20,000 nt of DNA. It comes from Nitrospiraceae bacterium. GTDB taxonomy: Bacteria > Nitrospirota > Nitrospiria > Nitrospirales > Nitrospiraceae. Every line of letters begins with the position of its first letter. The first letter of the stretch is position 1. Of the stretch, positions 8,394 through 17,623 are shown piece after piece. The position numbers were made by a program, and so were the translations under genes. Location of the stretch: positions 55,941-75,940 of the forward strand of contig JBBIQV010000010.1 in NCBI GenBank assembly GCA_037442105.1. The letters are read 5' to 3'. Below the pieces are notes generated by a model. That model was not told the DNA's origin. It did no database searches and worked only from the letters and a program-made list of their open reading frames with translations.

Positions 8394-10181
8394 CTAGGAA
8401 GCCGTTTGTTCAAGCTCTTCCACCATTTCTCGAATGGTGTCGAATCCGGACTGCCAGAAGGATTCTGAAGAGGCATCCACGCCGACCCTCGCCAGGATTT
8501 CTTGGGGGGATCGAGAACCGCCCGCAGCGAGGAGGTCGAGGTATTTGGGGATGAACGGTGAGCCCTGCTCTCTGTACAGGCGGTAGAGCGCAAGCACCAG
8601 CAGGTTTCCAAAACTATATGCGTAACAGTAAAACGGGCTCGCAAAGAGGTGCGGGATAGTCAGCCATTCCCATCGGAACTCGTCCGGGACACGAACAGCC
8701 TTCCCGAACTGCTGGCGGAGATCGCTTAGATAGATGTCGGCGACATCCTGAACCGTGGCCCCATTAGCAATCATCGCATGAGCCGTTTTCTCGAAGCGCA
8801 CGAAGTAGGCTTGGCGGAGAACGGTGGCATAAATGTCGTCCAGTTGGGCCAGGAGCAGCCCCTGTTTAACCTTCATGTCCCATTCCTGGGTCATCAATGC
8901 ATCCGACAGGATGCGCTCGCCGAACACAGATGCCGTTTCGGCCAAGGGCAACGCTGCGTGAAACGTAAACACCGAATGGTGCGCCGCCATCATGCCATGG
9001 ACTGCATGGCCGAGCTCATGCGCCATGGTGGCGATGTCGCGGGCCTCGCCGGTGAAGTTGAGCATGACGTAGGGTGTCTGGCCGGGGACCACGCTGTAGC
9101 AGTAGGCCCCACCCAGTTTGCCGGGTCTCGTCCTGGCATCGATATGACGCTCCTGAAAGACCCGTTCGGCCAAGTCTGCCAAGCGTGGTGAAAAACTCCG
9201 ATAGGCTGTGAGGACCATCTTGGCAGCGTCGTGATAGCGGTACGTCTTCTGCTCCGTCTTGTGCGGAGCGTAGATGTGGTAGCGGTTCATTGGTTTCATC
9301 CCACATATGCGCGCCTTCAGACGGAAATACTGCTGGAATACCTCCGCATTCTTAGCGCACACGGCGAGCAGCGCATCGACGGCTTGATCGGGGATGTCGT
9401 TGCCGAGATTCCTGGTTGCGATGGGTGAGGAAAACCGGCGAAGCTGCAGGTTCTCGGACTTCCAGTCAGCCACGAGGGTTTTGTAAATCTCACCGAGCAA
9501 ATCGTGTTGGACTGAAAACACCCGGTACAACTCCCGATAGGCTGCCTCCCGCACGCGTGCGCGTGGACTGCGGAGGTACGCCATGAGTTCTTCGCGATGG
9601 AGTTGCTTCGTCTGGCCCTTGTCGCGCAGCGTGAAGGTGAAGGCGTTGGTGACCACGTCATAGAGCTGGTTGACGGCACTCCGGCCGGTTACGTTCTTGA
9701 TGTTGATGATCTTCTCTTCGGCTTCCGACAGGGTATGCGGCTTGAAGCGACGAATAGTTTCTAAGTGGTAGCGAAAGTCCCCCGCGAGCTCCATAAGCCG
9801 TGCGGCATTCTGATCATCGACGCTTTGCCACCACAGCTCAAAAAAGAGGAGGCGATTGGCGAGGCCGGTAAGGCGTTCCTCGACCTTGGTCTTAAAGGAT
9901 CGCGCCCTTAGGTCTTTGGTGTTCTCGGAAAACCAGAGATAGGCATAGGCGCCAAGCCGTGACGAGGCAGCGGTGATGGCTTGGCTTAATTCCATGAGGC
10001 GCAGAAACTCATCGGCCTTCATAGTGGGACTCAGCCCTGTGCGACTCGCTTCGAACTCCGAGACTTGTTTCTCGATGTCATGGACGAGCTGTTCGAAATT
10101 CTCAACAGGCTTGTCGGCCAGATGGGAGAGGTCCCATCGGTCGGGGATCTGTTTGAGCGTCGAGGGGGTGCGAAGCTTCAT
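8394..10181 (-). CDS. pepF: M3B family oligoendopeptidase F (595 aa)
   Basis: RWDLSHL N-terminal motif, GKLGGAYC, zinc motif TMAHELGHAVH, LAETAS and PFYCYAYSFG. Start moved from 10433 to ATG 10181, which follows SD AGGAG. Confidence 0.93.
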   Translation of the reverse strand: MKLRTPSTLKQIPDRWDLSHLADKPVENFEQLVHDIEKQVSEFEASRTGLSPTMKADEFLRLMELSQAITAASSRLGAYAYLWFSENTKDLRARSFKTKVEERLTGLANRLLFFELWWQSVDDQNAARLMELAGDFRYHLETIRRFKPHTLSEAEEKIINIKNVTGRSAVNQLYDVVTNAFTFTLRDKGQTKQLHREELMAYLRSPRARVREAAYRELYRVFSVQHDLLGEIYKTLVADWKSENLQLRRFSSPIATRNLGNDIPDQAVDALLAVCAKNAEVFQQYFRLKARICGMKPMNRYHIYAPHKTEQKTYRYHDAAKMVLTAYRSFSPRLADLAERVFQERHIDARTRPGKLGGAYCYSVVPGQTPYVMLNFTGEARDIATMAHELGHAVHGMMAAHHSVFTFHAALPLAETASVFGERILSDALMTQEWDMKVKQGLLLAQLDDIYATVLRQAYFVRFEKTAHAMIANGATVQDVADIYLSDLRQQFGKAVRVPDEFRWEWLTIPHLFASPFYCYAYSFGNLLVLALYRLYREQGSPFIPKYLDLLAAGGSRSPQEILARVGVDASSESFWQSGFDTIREMVEELEQTAS

Positions 10182-10297
10182 AGCTGTCTCCTGATCCGAG
10201 GACGTGTGCGACGAAGCTGAATGATAGCATTCTCGAACGCCACCGGGCGGAAAAATTCTGTCGCGCGTAGCCGGCCGCAGTCTGCAAGGGGCGTCCA

Positions 10298-10325
10298 TTG
10301 ACAGTCGGTCGACCGGTGTTACAAT
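10298..10325 (+). promoter_or_regulatory. Strong sigma70 promoter with extended -10
   Basis: TTGACA (10298-10303), 16-nt spacer, TG-n-TACAAT (10317-10325). It drives 10348/10681. Confidence 0.7.
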
Positions 10326-10347
10326 CACAGCCCCGGAGTGTGGAATC

Positions 10348-10677
10348 ATGACCGAGCAGGAGCTCAACCGGGCCATCCAATATGTCACCGCGAGCACGTC
10401 ATATGGACGGGACACCGTGGCCGACATCCTCAAGACCGGGTTCGGCGAGCTCGCGGCGCTTGCGATTCATACCACACGGCAGTTCGACCGGACCACGCTG
10501 TTAGAATATGTTTCCCAATGGACCATCAAACGAACGGGGCAGCCTGAGCCTTTAGTCAGAGAAGTGCTCGGCTGCGCGGGCCGCTGGCTCGACGAGGTCT
10601 ACGAAGAAATCGCCAAGCGGCAGCCGGAAGTGCTTGGTCTCGCTTCGAAGGACGACGAAGGAACGGAGCCGGTCTGA
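10348..10677 (+). CDS. Hypothetical helical protein (109 aa)
   Basis: Promoter and GGAG SD upstream, host-like codon usage, amphipathic helices. Three nt separate it from the next ORF. Confidence 0.8.
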   Translation: MTEQELNRAIQYVTASTSYGRDTVADILKTGFGELAALAIHTTRQFDRTTLLEYVSQWTIKRTGQPEPLVREVLGCAGRWLDEVYEEIAKRQPEVLGLASKDDEGTEPV

Positions 10678-10680
10678 GTC

Positions 10681-11529
10681 ATGCCGCGATTTCGCTCACG
10701 ACGCACGGTCAAGCTCATCTCCCATCTGCGGGAGGGGCAGGGACACCTGCGCGGAGCGTCATTCTTCAGAGAGCCACGCGAGCTGTTGCCCGAAATCGAA
10801 GACCGTTGGACGACGCTCAACCGGCACTGTGTCGATCAATCGAGCCATCAACGTCTGGGGCGGCTCATCCATCGGCTCACCCATCGTGATCCCGGCGTCC
10901 AAGAATCCGCGCTGGCCGAACTGGAACTCGCCACGCTGTTAATCCGCGTCGGTGCCCGCGTCGCATTTCTGCTGGAGTCGCAAGCCAGGACAGCGGATCT
11001 CGAATGTGTGCTTGGGCTGGAGAGATTCTTCGTTGAAGTCACGGCTATGGTCGGATCGGCGGATCGGCGGCGATTGCCCTTGCGCGGGCTTGCGGCGGAT
11101 GAGGGGCAGGGGGAGGAAGAAGATCGCGGCGTGATCCTCATTCACCGGATACTGGCTCGCATTCAGCAGAAAGCGAAACAACTCACCGACTATTGCGATC
11201 CGGTGATCTTGAGCATTTCCATTCCGCGGGCGGACTTGCAAGGGGTGAGGACCAGCTGGCGAGACGAGATCAGCCTCGATCTCAAAGCCCTCGCTGGGTC
11301 GGTCACCGTGCTGTTGACCAAGATTCGGCACCTGAGCGCCGTGCTGATTTCGCTGTGGGATGTCGAACCGTTGCCCGCGAAGTCCGGGACGAGGCTGGCC
11401 AACGTGGAGGTGGTCGAACGGACGAGGCACCAGCGGGCCTATCCGCGCGTGCGGCTGCTGATTCAGAACCCCAAGGCGTCCGCGCCGCTCAGTGAGCGAC
11501 AGGAAGATGCGTTCCGGCAGATTCTCTGA
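10681..11529 (+). CDS. Hypothetical protein with degenerate PD-(D/E)XK nuclease-like motif
   Basis: 282-aa ORF. ELELATLL...RTADL...RFFVEVT follows the E-helix / (P)D / (D/E)xK order, with Thr replacing Lys. Confidence 0.7.
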   Translation: MPRFRSRRTVKLISHLREGQGHLRGASFFREPRELLPEIEDRWTTLNRHCVDQSSHQRLGRLIHRLTHRDPGVQESALAELELATLLIRVGARVAFLLESQARTADLECVLGLERFFVEVTAMVGSADRRRLPLRGLAADEGQGEEEDRGVILIHRILARIQQKAKQLTDYCDPVILSISIPRADLQGVRTSWRDEISLDLKALAGSVTVLLTKIRHLSAVLISLWDVEPLPAKSGTRLANVEVVERTRHQRAYPRVRLLIQNPKASAPLSERQEDAFRQIL

Positions 11530-11980
11530 TGAAAGCCGGCCGCAACCGCATTTCGTGAGTTTTATCGCTGCATTGGCTAGGCTTCTGCAGTAGGTGCACA
11601 GTATCGGCGTACGAGCTGCATGATCGTGTTTGCAGGAGAGAGACGGTAATGGTCAAACTGAAAATAGGGAAATGGGGTCAGGTCTTGCAATCATACAGTC
11701 GCCTCTTGCGCCGATACACCTGCCAGGTGACGTGATCGCGAATCGTCTCGGATTCGACAATGAATGCACCGCGAACTTCGCGGCAACCTCTCGGAAAGGA
11801 GAGAAGACAGCGGAACCGACGGGGCACAGGATAACAAGCCCCGGTGGAGACTGCCGAATGTGTGATTGCGAGGTCTGATCATCTTTGGTGCAAGGCGGTC
11901 GCGTGATCAGGAGGTGGGCCGGGGGCATAGAAGCGGTTCCGGTGAAGACCGAACAGAAGTCGGGAGTCTTTTCTGAATTG

Positions 11981-12298
11981 TCACGATGGCAACGAACCCT
12001 TCAATATCTTCAAACTCTTCGCCACCATCGCGTCGCCGTTTTTGGTGGAGACCTCTATCCCCTGACCGATCACCTGCCGGCACTCCTCTATGCGCCCTAA
12101 CTTGTTGAGCGATTGAGCGAGCGCCAAGTAAGCAGCCGAATAGGTGGGCTTGACCATCACGCATTGTCGCAAGGCCTTGGCCGCTTTTTCGAAGTTCCCA
12201 TCATCCATGTAGGCTTTTCCCAGGCCGAACCAGGCCACGTCGTCGGTCGGGTCGATCGCCAGCACTTTTTTCAGCGGCTCGATTCTCGGATTGGGCAT
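11981..12298 (-). CDS. Tetratricopeptide-repeat protein (105 aa)
   Basis: TPR patterns AWFGLGKAYM...A...L...P and AYLALAQSL...G. SD GGAGG precedes ATG 12298. Confidence 0.88.
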   Translation of the reverse strand: MPNPRIEPLKKVLAIDPTDDVAWFGLGKAYMDDGNFEKAAKALRQCVMVKPTYSAAYLALAQSLNKLGRIEECRQVIGQGIEVSTKNGDAMVAKSLKILKGSLPS

Positions 12299-12382
12299 CG
12301 GCGCCTCCGGGTGAACTGCCAGCGACCGTACCACGCGTGTCCGCCGATTGTCTATGCCGTTTCCTGCATGATAATCTCACAA

Positions 12383-12454
12383 CGTGTGAAGGGTGATGAG
12401 TTGGGGGATCTCCTTGTCATTACGACTGATCACCCATCACGCATCACCGATCGC
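12383..12454. repeat. Heptamer-periodic hairpin in the HDAC 5' region
   Basis: TGATCAC-CCATCAC-GCATCAC-CGATCGC (12427-12454). Bases 12383-12401 match the reverse complement of 12425-12443 at 15/19. Confidence 0.6.
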
Positions 12455-12465
12455 TGGATTCCAGT

Positions 12466-13410
12466 ATGGGTAAAACCGGCCTTATTTACCACCCAGCGTA
12501 TCTTGAGCATGACATGGGACCGGGCCATCCGGAGTCGCCGGCACGGCTGCGCGCGATCATGCAACAACTGGAACAGAGCGGCACGGCTGCGAGTCTGACC
12601 AGGATCGAACCGCGGAAAGCCGAAGATGAATGGATCACGCAGATTCACACGCCCGGCTATGTCGCGTCGCTGAAGAAGCATGCGCCGGCGAATGGCCGAA
12701 TGTCACTCGATCCGGATACCTCCATGTCTCCCGGTTCGTTGACCGCCGCCTACCTGGCAGCCGGCGGGGCGCTGGCCGCGGTCGATGCGATTATGAATCA
12801 GCAGGTGGATCATGTGTTTTGTGCCGTGAGGCCGCCTGGCCACCATGCTGAATCTGACCGCGCGATGGGCTTCTGTCTCTTCAACAACGTGGCGATTGCG
12901 GCACGCTACGCCCAGAAGAAATATGGGCTCAAGCGCGTCCTCATCGTGGATTGGGATGTCCATCACGGCAATGGAACCCAACACAGTTTTGAAGACGACC
13001 CCTCCGTGCTCTTCTTCAGCACGCACCAGTACCCGCACTACCCCGGCACCGGACGCGCGGCGGAGCGGGGAATCGGCGCCGGGGAGGGATTCACGATCAA
13101 CGTGCCGATGGAAGCCGGCGAAGGGGACGCCGAGTATCGGGACATTTTTCGGAAGACGTTAGTGCCGGCGGTGGATGCATTCAAGCCGGAGTTCGTCTTC
13201 ATCTCAGCAGGCTTCGACGCCCATCGTGATGATCCCTTGGCCGGCATGCGACTCACGGAGCAAGGCTACGCAGAGTTGACCGCCATCGTCGCGGGGATCG
13301 CCAAGCGCCACGCCGCCCATCGCATCATCTCCTGTCTGGAAGGGGGCTACAACCTCACGGCCTTGGCCGCCTCGGTTGACGCTCATCTCCGCGCGCTGTT
13401 GGACGCATGA
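12466..13410 (+). CDS. Zn-dependent histone deacetylase-family amidohydrolase (class II-like)
   Basis: Motifs [45 protein letters not shown] and LEGGY. Confidence 0.96.
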   Translation: MGKTGLIYHPAYLEHDMGPGHPESPARLRAIMQQLEQSGTAASLTRIEPRKAEDEWITQIHTPGYVASLKKHAPANGRMSLDPDTSMSPGSLTAAYLAAGGALAAVDAIMNQQVDHVFCAVRPPGHHAESDRAMGFCLFNNVAIAARYAQKKYGLKRVLIVDWDVHHGNGTQHSFEDDPSVLFFSTHQYPHYPGTGRAAERGIGAGEGFTINVPMEAGEGDAEYRDIFRKTLVPAVDAFKPEFVFISAGFDAHRDDPLAGMRLTEQGYAELTAIVAGIAKRHAAHRIISCLEGGYNLTALAASVDAHLRALLDA

Positions 13411-14696
13411 CGAAGTGGGCAAAGATCGGCCTTGGTGTCGCCGTCGCAGGCCTGGTGGTCTACCTCTACTACACCGAGGTCAAACCGGTCGTGATTTTCG
13501 GGTTACGGTCGGACTATGCCCACGCGATCCCATTTCAGAAAGTGCCTGAGGGCATCGATAGCCTCCGGGCCGAATCCTGCGGAACTTGCCATCGGGCGAT
13601 TTACGACGAGTGGAAAGCGAGCATCCATGCCCACGCTTTTGACGATCCCTTCTTTCAAGCCTACTGGAAGAAGGATAACAACATCTGGGTCTGCTTGAAC
13701 TGCCATACGCCGCTGGAGAATCAGCAGCCCACTCTCATCAAAGAGATTCCGCGCGGGCGAGTCGAGAGAGCGGTCCAGCAGCCGAACCCTCACTACGATG
13801 CCGACTATCAAAAGGAAGCCATCACCTGCGCGGTCTGTCACGTGCGGGACGGCGTCATCATGGGGCCGTATGATGATTCCGTTGCGCCGCATCCAACCAA
13901 GTTCGACCCGAGCTTCCGCACCACCCAGGTCTGCTATCGCTGTCACAATGTCGTCTCAGGGCCGGCCCAGTTTTACAACGTCGGTCCCTGCGGTACCTAT
14001 GCGGAATACGAAGGCAAGTTCTACATGCAGGAACGGGGCTTCATTTGCCAGAGCTGCCATATGCCGGAGGTCGATCGGCCGGTTGCCGAGGGTGGACCGA
14101 TCAGAAGGGGGCGCCGTCATCTCTGGCGCGGTGGCCACGATCCCGACATGATTAAGCGGGCCGTCGTGATCGACGTGAAAGCCGATCCGCCATCACCCAA
14201 GCCCGGCGATCGCATCACCTTTACGCTCTCGCTGATCAATGCCGGCGCAGGCCATAAGATTCCCACCGGCGATCCCGACCGGCATCTCACCGTGGAATTC
14301 CTCGTTGAAGACAGTACCGGACACATTGTGCAGGAAGAGACCAACACGATGGGACGCTGGATTCTCTGGCAGCCGGTCGTTGCGGAATTGTATGACAACC
14401 GGCTCCTCCCTTTGGCCGGCCGCGATTACGAGTTTAGCTATCGGCTTCCGGCGGATAGGAAGAACCTGACATTGAAGGTGCGGGTGCGGTACCATATCCT
14501 CACTGACGGGCAACATGAGATGTTACGGACAAAGTACGGATTGACAGGAACGGATCCCTATCGGTTCACTATCTATGAACGGGCATTCCCGCTGTCGGAA
14601 GACCTCGCGGCGGCGTTGCGCCGCGAGAGCGATCAGCAGACAGCTTTCAGCCGTCAGCCGGGAGAAACAAGCTGTCCGCTGAAAGCTGATAGCTGA
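13407..14696 (+). CDS. Membrane-anchored multiheme cytochrome c (five CxxCH; c554/c552-like N-terminal domain)
   Basis: CGTCH, CLNCH, CAVCH, CYRCH and CQSCH. Also [13 protein letters not shown] and [10 protein letters not shown], plus an N-terminal TM helix. ATGA overlap with the HDAC stop. Confidence 0.9.
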   Translation: MTKWAKIGLGVAVAGLVVYLYYTEVKPVVIFGLRSDYAHAIPFQKVPEGIDSLRAESCGTCHRAIYDEWKASIHAHAFDDPFFQAYWKKDNNIWVCLNCHTPLENQQPTLIKEIPRGRVERAVQQPNPHYDADYQKEAITCAVCHVRDGVIMGPYDDSVAPHPTKFDPSFRTTQVCYRCHNVVSGPAQFYNVGPCGTYAEYEGKFYMQERGFICQSCHMPEVDRPVAEGGPIRRGRRHLWRGGHDPDMIKRAVVIDVKADPPSPKPGDRITFTLSLINAGAGHKIPTGDPDRHLTVEFLVEDSTGHIVQEETNTMGRWILWQPVVAELYDNRLLPLAGRDYEFSYRLPADRKNLTLKVRVRYHILTDGQHEMLRTKYGLTGTDPYRFTIYERAFPLSEDLAAALRRESDQQTAFSRQPGETSCPLKADS

Positions 14697-14700
14697 CGGC
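14633..14700. repeat. Heptamer-periodic inverted repeat overlapping the cytochrome 3' end
   Basis: Left arm TCAGCAG-ACAGCTT-TCAGCCG-TCAGCCG (14633-14660). Right arm GCTGTCC-GCTGAAA-GCTGATA-GCTGACG (14671-14698). Confidence 0.8.
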
Positions 14701-14719
14701 GTCTTACAAAAGGACCATC

Positions 14720-15598
14720 ATGACTCACCCATTACTCATTGATACAGAGACCCTGCAGCAGAACTTAGGGCGGCCCGGGCTCGTTGTGATCGATGTGCGG
14801 GGTCGCGCGGCGTACGAGTTTGGTGGACATATCCCCGGCGCAGTCCATACTACCTGGCACGACTACAGCGATCCGAACGCCGTGGCCAAGGGCTTGTTAG
14901 ACCCGGACATTGCTCGAATCGAGCAGCGGCTGCGCACATTAGGGATGAGTAATGACAGCGATGTCGTGATCTATTCGAACCCTTTCGACAATTGGGGCGA
15001 CGAAGGGCGGATGTTCTGGATGCTTGAATACCTTGGGCATAAGAACCTGAAAATTCTAGACGGCGGCTGGGTGAAGTGGGTGAATGAACGCCGGCCCTTC
15101 GAGCACGGGCGGGTCACGCCCAAGCCCGGGCTGTTCAAGGCTGAGCCGGTGGCAAACACGATCGTCCTCAAAGAAGAGCTGAAACAGATTGTCCGCCGTC
15201 CGCATCCTGAGACCATCATCGTGGACGCGCGGAGTCTGGAAGAGTATCTCGGCAAAGAAGTCTCGGGCATTCCGAGGCCTGGGCACATTCCCTCCGCGGT
15301 GCACATTGCCTGGAACGGATTTCTGAATCCGGACGCCACCCTCAAAGATCCGGAAAAAATCGCGACTGCGTTGGATGAAAAAGGTCTTGACCCCGGGAAG
15401 CACATCGTCTGCTACTGCACCGGTGGGGTCCGGTCGGCGTGGTTGTATTTCGTGTTGAAGACCGTGGGCTACAGCCACGTGCGGAATTATCCCGGTTCGT
15501 GGTGGGAGTGGAGCCGGGACTTCGCGTGTCCGGTCGAGAAGGACTTCAAGGGCTTGCAAAAGATTCTGGATTTTGATCGGCCGGCTCGGCCGTCTTGA
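14720..15598 (+). CDS. Tandem-domain rhodanese / sulfurtransferase (SseA-like)
   Basis: VIDVR...GHIPGA, ILDGGW, DARS...GHIPSA, active loop YCTGGVRS and [15 protein letters not shown]. Confidence 0.95.
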   Translation: MTHPLLIDTETLQQNLGRPGLVVIDVRGRAAYEFGGHIPGAVHTTWHDYSDPNAVAKGLLDPDIARIEQRLRTLGMSNDSDVVIYSNPFDNWGDEGRMFWMLEYLGHKNLKILDGGWVKWVNERRPFEHGRVTPKPGLFKAEPVANTIVLKEELKQIVRRPHPETIIVDARSLEEYLGKEVSGIPRPGHIPSAVHIAWNGFLNPDATLKDPEKIATALDEKGLDPGKHIVCYCTGGVRSAWLYFVLKTVGYSHVRNYPGSWWEWSRDFACPVEKDFKGLQKILDFDRPARPS

Positions 15599-15623
15599 CA
15601 CCATGCAGATGGGTGTTTATGCT
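15595..15623 (+). promoter_or_regulatory. Sigma70 promoter for smbP
   Basis: TTGACA (15595-15600, overlapping the rhodanese stop), 17-nt spacer, TATGCT (15618-15623). Confidence 0.65.
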
Positions 15624-15680
15624 GAGTTCAAGCTCGTTATCGCAGTCATGCTTTGCACACATTCACAGAGGAGGTTCCTT

Positions 15681-16034
15681 ATGCATAGCAAAATGCTTCG
15701 GGGTGGGCTGGTTGCTGGGGTCATGGCGGCCCTGATCGGCGCCCCCCTGACGGGGAGCGTGGCATTTGCCATGAACAAGCATGTGTCCGAAGCGGTAGAG
15801 CACGCAAAAGAAGCCGTTTCCCATGGCAAGCAGGGCCATGCCGACGCGGTGGTGAAACACGCGGAAGGCGCGCTGCAACATGCACAGGGAGCGGCGACAG
15901 AGGTCAAGAGCCCGCATCTCGGTGAAGGAATCACCCATTTGAAGGCTGCGATCGAACACGGCAAGGCCGGTCACGCTGATGTCGCGACGAAACATGCGGA
16001 AGAAGCCGTCGCCCATCTGTCCGAAGCAAAGTAA
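15681..16034 (+). CDS. smbP: Periplasmic small metal-binding protein SmbP (117-aa precursor)
   Basis: Signal peptide ending AFA. His every ~7 residues ([35 protein letters not shown], duplicated). SD GGAGG before ATG 15681. Confidence 0.88.
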   Translation: MHSKMLRGGLVAGVMAALIGAPLTGSVAFAMNKHVSEAVEHAKEAVSHGKQGHADAVVKHAEGALQHAQGAATEVKSPHLGEGITHLKAAIEHGKAGHADVATKHAEEAVAHLSEAK

Positions 16035-16057
16035 GTTTACTACCCAAAGACAAGTTG

Positions 16058-16089
16058 AAACGGGCGGGGTTTCCCCGCCCGTTTTGTTT
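16058..16089 (+). terminator. Rho-independent terminator after smbP
   Basis: AAACGGGCGGGG-TTT-CCCCGCCCGTTT, a perfect 12-bp stem, running into a T-rich tail (TTTTGTTT). Confidence 0.88.
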
Positions 16090-16105
16090 GAAGGGGCAAT
16101 CGTCC

Positions 16106-16897
16106 ATGCGCGTGGGTTACTTTCAGTACAACCCGGTGTTCGGCGAAGTCGCACGCAACCTGGAGACGGTGGTCAGCCGGCTCCAGCAAGCCGACTGTGA
16201 GCTGATGGTGCTGCCGGAACTCTGTGCGACAGGGTACCAATTCGTTTCCGCGAAAGAAGCGAACGAGCTGTCGGAACCGGTCCCGGATGGACCGACCACG
16301 CGGCGGTTGGTGGAGGTGGCGAGGCGGCGCAGAATGTGGATCGTTGCTGGGCTGGTCGAGCGGGCCGGTTCAGTTTGTTACAATTCAGCGGTCGTAGTCG
16401 GTCCATCGGGATTTCTTGGTTGCTATCGAAAGACGCATCTCTTTTTCGAGGAGAGGCTCTTTTTCCAACCTGGCGATACCGGCTTTCAGGTGTGGGACAT
16501 CGGGCCGGCGAAAATCGGTGTCATGATTTGCTTCGACTGGTACTATCCGGAGGCGGCACGGACCCTCGCGCTCAGGGGGGCTGATGTTCTCTGTCATCCG
16601 TCCAATCTGGTGCTGCCCCACTGTCCTGATGCGATGCCGACCCGCTGTTTGGAGAATCGCGTGTTCGCCATTACCTGTAATAGGATCGGCCGCGAGGCGC
16701 GTGGTGATAAGGATCCGCTCACTTTTATCGGCCATAGCGAAATCGTCACACCTAAAGGACACATTCTCCACCGGGCGCCACGCGATCAGGATGAGCTGAC
16801 CATCCTGGACATCGACCCTGCGGAAGCCCGCATCAAAACGCTCACCCCTTATAATGATCTATTGAAGGATCGCCGTCCGTTCCTCTACGAACGGTAG
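16106..16897 (+). CDS. Nitrilase-superfamily carbon-nitrogen hydrolase (263 aa)
   Basis: Catalytic triad motifs VLPEL (Glu), YRKTHL (Lys) and MICFDW (Cys). Start set at ATG 16106 because the ORF-track start lies in the terminator. Confidence 0.93.
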   Translation: MRVGYFQYNPVFGEVARNLETVVSRLQQADCELMVLPELCATGYQFVSAKEANELSEPVPDGPTTRRLVEVARRRRMWIVAGLVERAGSVCYNSAVVVGPSGFLGCYRKTHLFFEERLFFQPGDTGFQVWDIGPAKIGVMICFDWYYPEAARTLALRGADVLCHPSNLVLPHCPDAMPTRCLENRVFAITCNRIGREARGDKDPLTFIGHSEIVTPKGHILHRAPRDQDELTILDIDPAEARIKTLTPYNDLLKDRRPFLYER

Positions 16898-16960
16898 GTG
16901 GTTGGTTCTGATTTGGTGCGGTACTTGCGCAGGGCGCGGGGGCGACGGTAGGATAATTCT

Positions 16961-17521
16961 GTGATGACTCAACTCGGCAAAGGCATTTTTCTCGTCGCGG
17001 CCCCCGCTCTCCGCGATCCCAATTTCAGGCAGACCGTCGTGCTGCTCTGCGAGCATGGGCCGGAGGGAGCATTGGGGGTCGTGGTGAATCGTCCGACCGC
17101 AATGAATCTGGCTGAAGCACTGCCGCAAATTCCGGTGATCGAGAGCCAGCGGCACGTGCTGTACTCGGGCGGGCCGGTCCAAACGAACCAAGTGATGTTG
17201 CTCTATCGGCTCGATCGAGTTCCTGACAATTCCCATCACGTGTTTGACGGTGTCTGCCTGGGCGGCAATGTCGACGTGGTCGAGCGCATCCTCACGACCG
17301 CACCGAGCAAAGACGCCTTCCGCGCCTACCTCGGCTACTCCGGCTGGGGACCCGGTCAGCTCGAAGCGGAGATGAAGACCGGATCGTGGATCACCCTTCC
17401 GGCCGACCCCACATTCGTGTTCGAGAAGGAGCCGGCCCGCGTATGGCCAGACATCCTGATTTCGCTCGGCGAGGATTATCGACGTTACGCCGACATGCCG
17501 TTCGATCCCAGCTTCAACTAA
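16961..17521 (+). CDS. YqgE/AlgH (DUF179) family protein
   Basis: LVAAPALRDPNFRQTVVLLCEH, GALGVVVNRP, GGPV and YLGYSGWGPGQLEAEM...W. Confidence 0.93.
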   Translation: MMTQLGKGIFLVAAPALRDPNFRQTVVLLCEHGPEGALGVVVNRPTAMNLAEALPQIPVIESQRHVLYSGGPVQTNQVMLLYRLDRVPDNSHHVFDGVCLGGNVDVVERILTTAPSKDAFRAYLGYSGWGPGQLEAEMKTGSWITLPADPTFVFEKEPARVWPDILISLGEDYRRYADMPFDPSFN

Positions 17522-17554
17522 AGCCAATAGCGAATAGCGAATAGCCAAGCAGCG
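17522..17554. repeat. Heptamer tandem array immediately after the yqgE stop
   Basis: AGCCAAT-AGCGAAT-AGCGAAT-AGCCAAGC-AGCG; AGCGAAT is the reverse complement of the GCTATTC-type repeat read in a shifted register. Confidence 0.7.
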
Positions 17555-17587
17555 CGCCCCACCTGTCTTCCCCGATAGAATGACAGA

Positions 17588-17616
17588 TTGCCTCCGTTTT
17601 ATGTGAGTGGTAGGGT
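17588..17616 (+). promoter_or_regulatory. Possible sigma70 promoter for the lipoprotein (predicts a leaderless transcript)
   Basis: TTGCCT (17588-17593), 17-nt spacer, TG-n-TAGGGT (17608-17616). Expected +1 is about 17623-17624, the ATG. Confidence 0.4.
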
Positions 17617-17623
17617 GCTTGCC

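Noticed and set aside
10182..10433. 84-aa N-terminal extension of pepF in the ORF track
   Set aside because: It overlaps the divergent promoter and gene at 10348. The SD and family N-terminal motif support ATG 10181.
11628..11800. Glycine-riboswitch-like fragments (GGAGAG...TCAGG, AACCTCTC)
   Set aside because: The conserved CCGAAG core is absent, and there is no co-oriented downstream gene to regulate.
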